From Terriglobus sp. (GTDB lineage Bacteria; Acidobacteriota; Terriglobia; Terriglobales; Acidobacteriaceae), in the NCBI GenBank assembly GCA_965277235.1, contig CBDICD010000002.1, forward strand, positions 75,861 through 139,860: a stretch of DNA of 64,000 nt, given 5' to 3'. Shown here one piece after another: positions 61,390-64,000 of the stretch. The notes beneath the pieces are model-generated. The model made no database searches. It was not told where the DNA came from and saw only the letters and a program-made list of their open reading frames with translations. Made by a program: the position numbers and the translations under genes. Each line of letters begins with the position of its first letter. Position 1 is the stretch's first letter.

Positions 61390-61821
61390 ATGCGCTTTTT
61401 CCGTTACTCCCGAAGCTATCGCATCTGGGCGTCCATCCTCTGGAGTCTGGTTTTCTGCGTATGGGTTCCCGTAGCCTTCCTCCACCGCCTGCGTCACCCC
61501 TGGCAGCCGTGGATATGGCTCTTCCTCACGCTCACCCAGTTCGCCTCGCTGTGGACCTACTGGAACATCACTGGAAACGAACTCGTCGCGCATTCCCTCG
61601 GCTGCCGCCGCCGCTACAAGCTCTCTGCTATCGACGGCATCGGATCACCCGCAAAACACCGTCGCCTGCTCGCCAAAACCGTCCAGATCGACTACCGCGG
61701 CCGCCACTCGCTCTACCTCACCGTCGACGAGAAGCAGGCCTTCCAAGATGCCCTCCGCACCGCCGTCGCCACGCACGAGCACGAGCCACCTACCACCGGA
61801 CCTCTCGGCCTCTCTGTTTAA
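61390..61821 (+). CDS. Hypothetical membrane protein (two TMs plus a possible PH-like domain)
   Basis: Two Trp-rich TM segments followed by a basic beta-rich domain. Confidence 0.6.
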   Translation: MRFFRYSRSYRIWASILWSLVFCVWVPVAFLHRLRHPWQPWIWLFLTLTQFASLWTYWNITGNELVAHSLGCRRRYKLSAIDGIGSPAKHRRLLAKTVQIDYRGRHSLYLTVDEKQAFQDALRTAVATHEHEPPTTGPLGLSV

Positions 61822-61849
61822 CACAGCCCCGCGTCACTAAAATGAAGGC

Positions 61850-62266
61850 ATGTCCCACAGGCTCCGTGCCTCGCAATATCTCATCCTGCTCACCGTCATG
61901 GTCGGCGCGTCTGTCGGCGACGCCCTGCTCTCTCGCGGCATGCGGCAGGTTGGCCCCGTCTCGCCCCAGCACCTTGGCCTGCTCCTCCACGCACTTGTAA
62001 ACCCATGGGTCATGGCCGGCATCGTCGTGCTCATCAGCTTTATGGGCTCCTATATGACAGCGCTCTCGTGGGCTGACCTCACCTTTGTCCAGCCCGCCAC
62101 CGCTTTCGGCAACGTCATCACCGCGCTCATCGGTCGCCTGTGGTTGCATGAAACCATCTCGCCCACCCGCTGGCTCGGCATCGCACTCATTGTCCTCGGC
62201 GTCGGCTTCGTCGCGAACGGCCCCAGCCGGACCGAGCGCGAAATCGTGACCCAGCAGCCAGCATGA
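61850..62266 (+). CDS. Small DMT/EamA-like transporter subunit (ArnE/ArnF-like)
   Basis: Four TMs, ALSWADLTFVQP...LHE.ISP.RWLGI.LI..GV. Confidence 0.82.
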   Translation: MSHRLRASQYLILLTVMVGASVGDALLSRGMRQVGPVSPQHLGLLLHALVNPWVMAGIVVLISFMGSYMTALSWADLTFVQPATAFGNVITALIGRLWLHETISPTRWLGIALIVLGVGFVANGPSRTEREIVTQQPA

Positions 62267-62649
62267 CGACCGCCCAGCTCCACACCGCAACCACCATCGT
62301 CGTCATGGTCCTCGGCGCCACGGTCGGCGAAACTCTCATTGCCGCCGCCATGCTCCGCGTCGGTGACCTCGATGAAATCCGCGCCCACAGCGGCCTCCCC
62401 GGAGCCATCCGCGCCGTGCTCTCCGAACCGCGCCTCCTCGGCGGCATCGCCTGCATGGCTATCAGCTTCTTCGCCCTGCTCTTCGCCCTGTCCGGGGCCG
62501 ACCTGTCCCTCGTCGCCCCCGCCACCAACTCCCTCACCTTTGTCACTACAGCCGTCGCAGCGAAATTCTTCCTGCACGAGAACGTCGACCGCCGCCGCTG
62601 GCTCGCCGCCCTCTGCGTCTGCGCCGGTGTCGCCCTACTCGCCCGTTGA
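62263..62649 (+). CDS. Small DMT/EamA-like transporter subunit (ArnE/ArnF-like)
   Basis: Four TMs, ALSGADLSLVAP...FLHE.V..RRW...GV. ATGA overlap with its partner. Confidence 0.82.
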   Translation: MTTAQLHTATTIVVMVLGATVGETLIAAAMLRVGDLDEIRAHSGLPGAIRAVLSEPRLLGGIACMAISFFALLFALSGADLSLVAPATNSLTFVTTAVAAKFFLHENVDRRRWLAALCVCAGVALLAR

Positions 62650-62729
62650 ACTCCTAACAGGCGTTAACCTTCCACACAATTGCCTGCGCGATCGGGTAGG
62701 TTCCGTCTGTGCCAGGGATGCGCGGTTCC

Positions 62730-64000
62730 TCACCGCGCCAACACTCGCATGAACCCGGTCGCCGGCAAATCTGCTGGCAACGCGCGCGTCCCTGTCACCG
62801 CCTCGGCCGCCAGGTACCCGCTTCGCACAGCACCCTCCATCGTCGAGGGCCATCCTGTCCGCGTCCAGTCCCCTGCCAGCACCAGCCCCGGCACCTCCGT
62901 CTTCTGCGCCGGCCGAAACCGGTCCAGCCCCGGCAACACGCTGAACGTCGCCTTCGCCTCTTTCAGCACCAGGTGCTTCCGCAACACGGCAGTCTTCGCC
63001 TCTGGGAAGAAGCCCTCAAACTCCGCCAGCGCCGCCCTGTAAATTTCCTCTGGCGACATCCGCAGCTGCGCATGCGAAGCAGACATCGTCAGCTCCACAT
63101 AGCCGTCGTCGCGCCCCCGTATCCGCCCCTTCGCAAACATCCACTCAATGGTCGTGTCCAGCAGCGCCGCATGGTCCATCCCCACCACATCCCGGTCATA
63201 CCAAAGGTGCACCGTTGTAATCGGGCTTTGCACAAACGTTTCCAGACCCAGCGGCAACGCTCGCGCAAGCACCTCAGACGCAAGCAGCGGCGCAAGCTGG
63301 TCGAACGGCACCGCCAACACCACCGCCTCCGCTCGCAACGACTCACGATCTCCCGCCACCACCCATCCGCCATAGACCGCAGGCGAAACCGATCGCGCAG
63401 GAAAGCTCTCCCACAACGCCGCCCCATGCCGCACCGCGTCTTCCGCCACAAATCCGTAAAACTCGCTCAGCGGCATCGCCGGTATACCCAGCCGGCCGCC
63501 TTCCGCACTCTTCAGAAACGTCTCGTGGAACACCTGGCCCGCATACTTCATCGAGCACCGCTCCGGCACATCGTTCAACGCGCTCACGATCACTGGATAG
63601 ATGAAGTGCCGAACGGCTCCAACTGGCAGCCGCGTCCGCTCCAGCCATTGCGCCACGCTCTCGTCATCCCGCACCGGATACCCGCGTACAAACGGCAACA
63701 GAGCTCGCGCCACCGCCATCTTGTCTGCCCAGCTCAGCATCCCTGCCTGCAGGAACGACAGCGAGTTGTGCCCCGGTGAAGGCAGCCCACTCGGCCTTAG
63801 AACCGACCTCCGTCCACCCGGCTCCAGGAACGTATACGTGTCATACCAGCGGATCCGGTCCGCCACACCCGCGTCCGCACACAACTTCCGCAGCGCCGTG
63901 CAGCACCCCACCATCACATGTTGCGAGTCCACCACCTCGCCCACAACGGGGTGCGGGTACGAATAGGCCCGCCCACCCACAAACGGCCGCCGGTCCACCA
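62730..64000 (-). CDS. hpnE: Hydroxysqualene dehydroxylase (squalene-associated FAD-dependent oxidoreductase), 5'-partial
   Basis: RPFVGGRAYSY, VDSQHV..GCC, SPITTVHLWYDR, KEAKATFS and LAGDWTRTGWPSTMEGAVRSG motifs. Confidence 0.9.
   Translation of the reverse strand, partial: VDRRPFVGGRAYSYPHPVVGEVVDSQHVMVGCCTALRKLCADAGVADRIRWYDTYTFLEPGGRRSVLRPSGLPSPGHNSLSFLQAGMLSWADKMAVARALLPFVRGYPVRDDESVAQWLERTRLPVGAVRHFIYPVIVSALNDVPERCSMKYAGQVFHETFLKSAEGGRLGIPAMPLSEFYGFVAEDAVRHGAALWESFPARSVSPAVYGGWVVAGDRESLRAEAVVLAVPFDQLAPLLASEVLARALPLGLETFVQSPITTVHLWYDRDVVGMDHAALLDTTIEWMFAKGRIRGRDDGYVELTMSASHAQLRMSPEEIYRAALAEFEGFFPEAKTAVLRKHLVLKEAKATFSVLPGLDRFRPAQKTEVPGLVLAGDWTRTGWPSTMEGAVRSGYLAAEAVTGTRALPADLPATGFMRVLAR

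Overview
This is a bacterial window whose gene set resembles Acidobacteriota (Terriglobus-like; inferred, not searched). It has three zones. (1) 1-10.4 kb is the end of an exopolysaccharide locus: an acyltransferase-SGNH fusion, two paralogous clan GH-A glycoside hydrolases (one with seven Ig-like repeats), a priming sugar transferase, and a divergent pair of tiny paralogous membrane proteins. (2) About 10.9-52.8 kb is an accessory, partly decayed region ending at the 3' end of tRNA-Glu(CTC). It holds redox/SnoaL operons with TetR, LysR, MarR and AraC regulators, a sigma54-controlled czcCBA-type metal efflux module, a GH3 enzyme, and several pseudogenes and deletion scars. (3) 52.9-64 kb looks like core genome: a DUF507 pair, recJ, an MFP-TPR-TolC trio, and hopanoid genes hpnJ and hpnE. 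The standout is a tightly coupled minus-strand operon at 25.7-31.7 kb: membrane Ser/Thr kinase, 107-aa Gly-rich-tailed peptide, YcaO, TfuA, kinase-associated ECF sigma factor, secreted protein. This places a minimal thioamide-installing (RiPP-type) cassette inside a kinase/ECF signalling pair. All family calls come from motif recognition by eye; no database searches were run.
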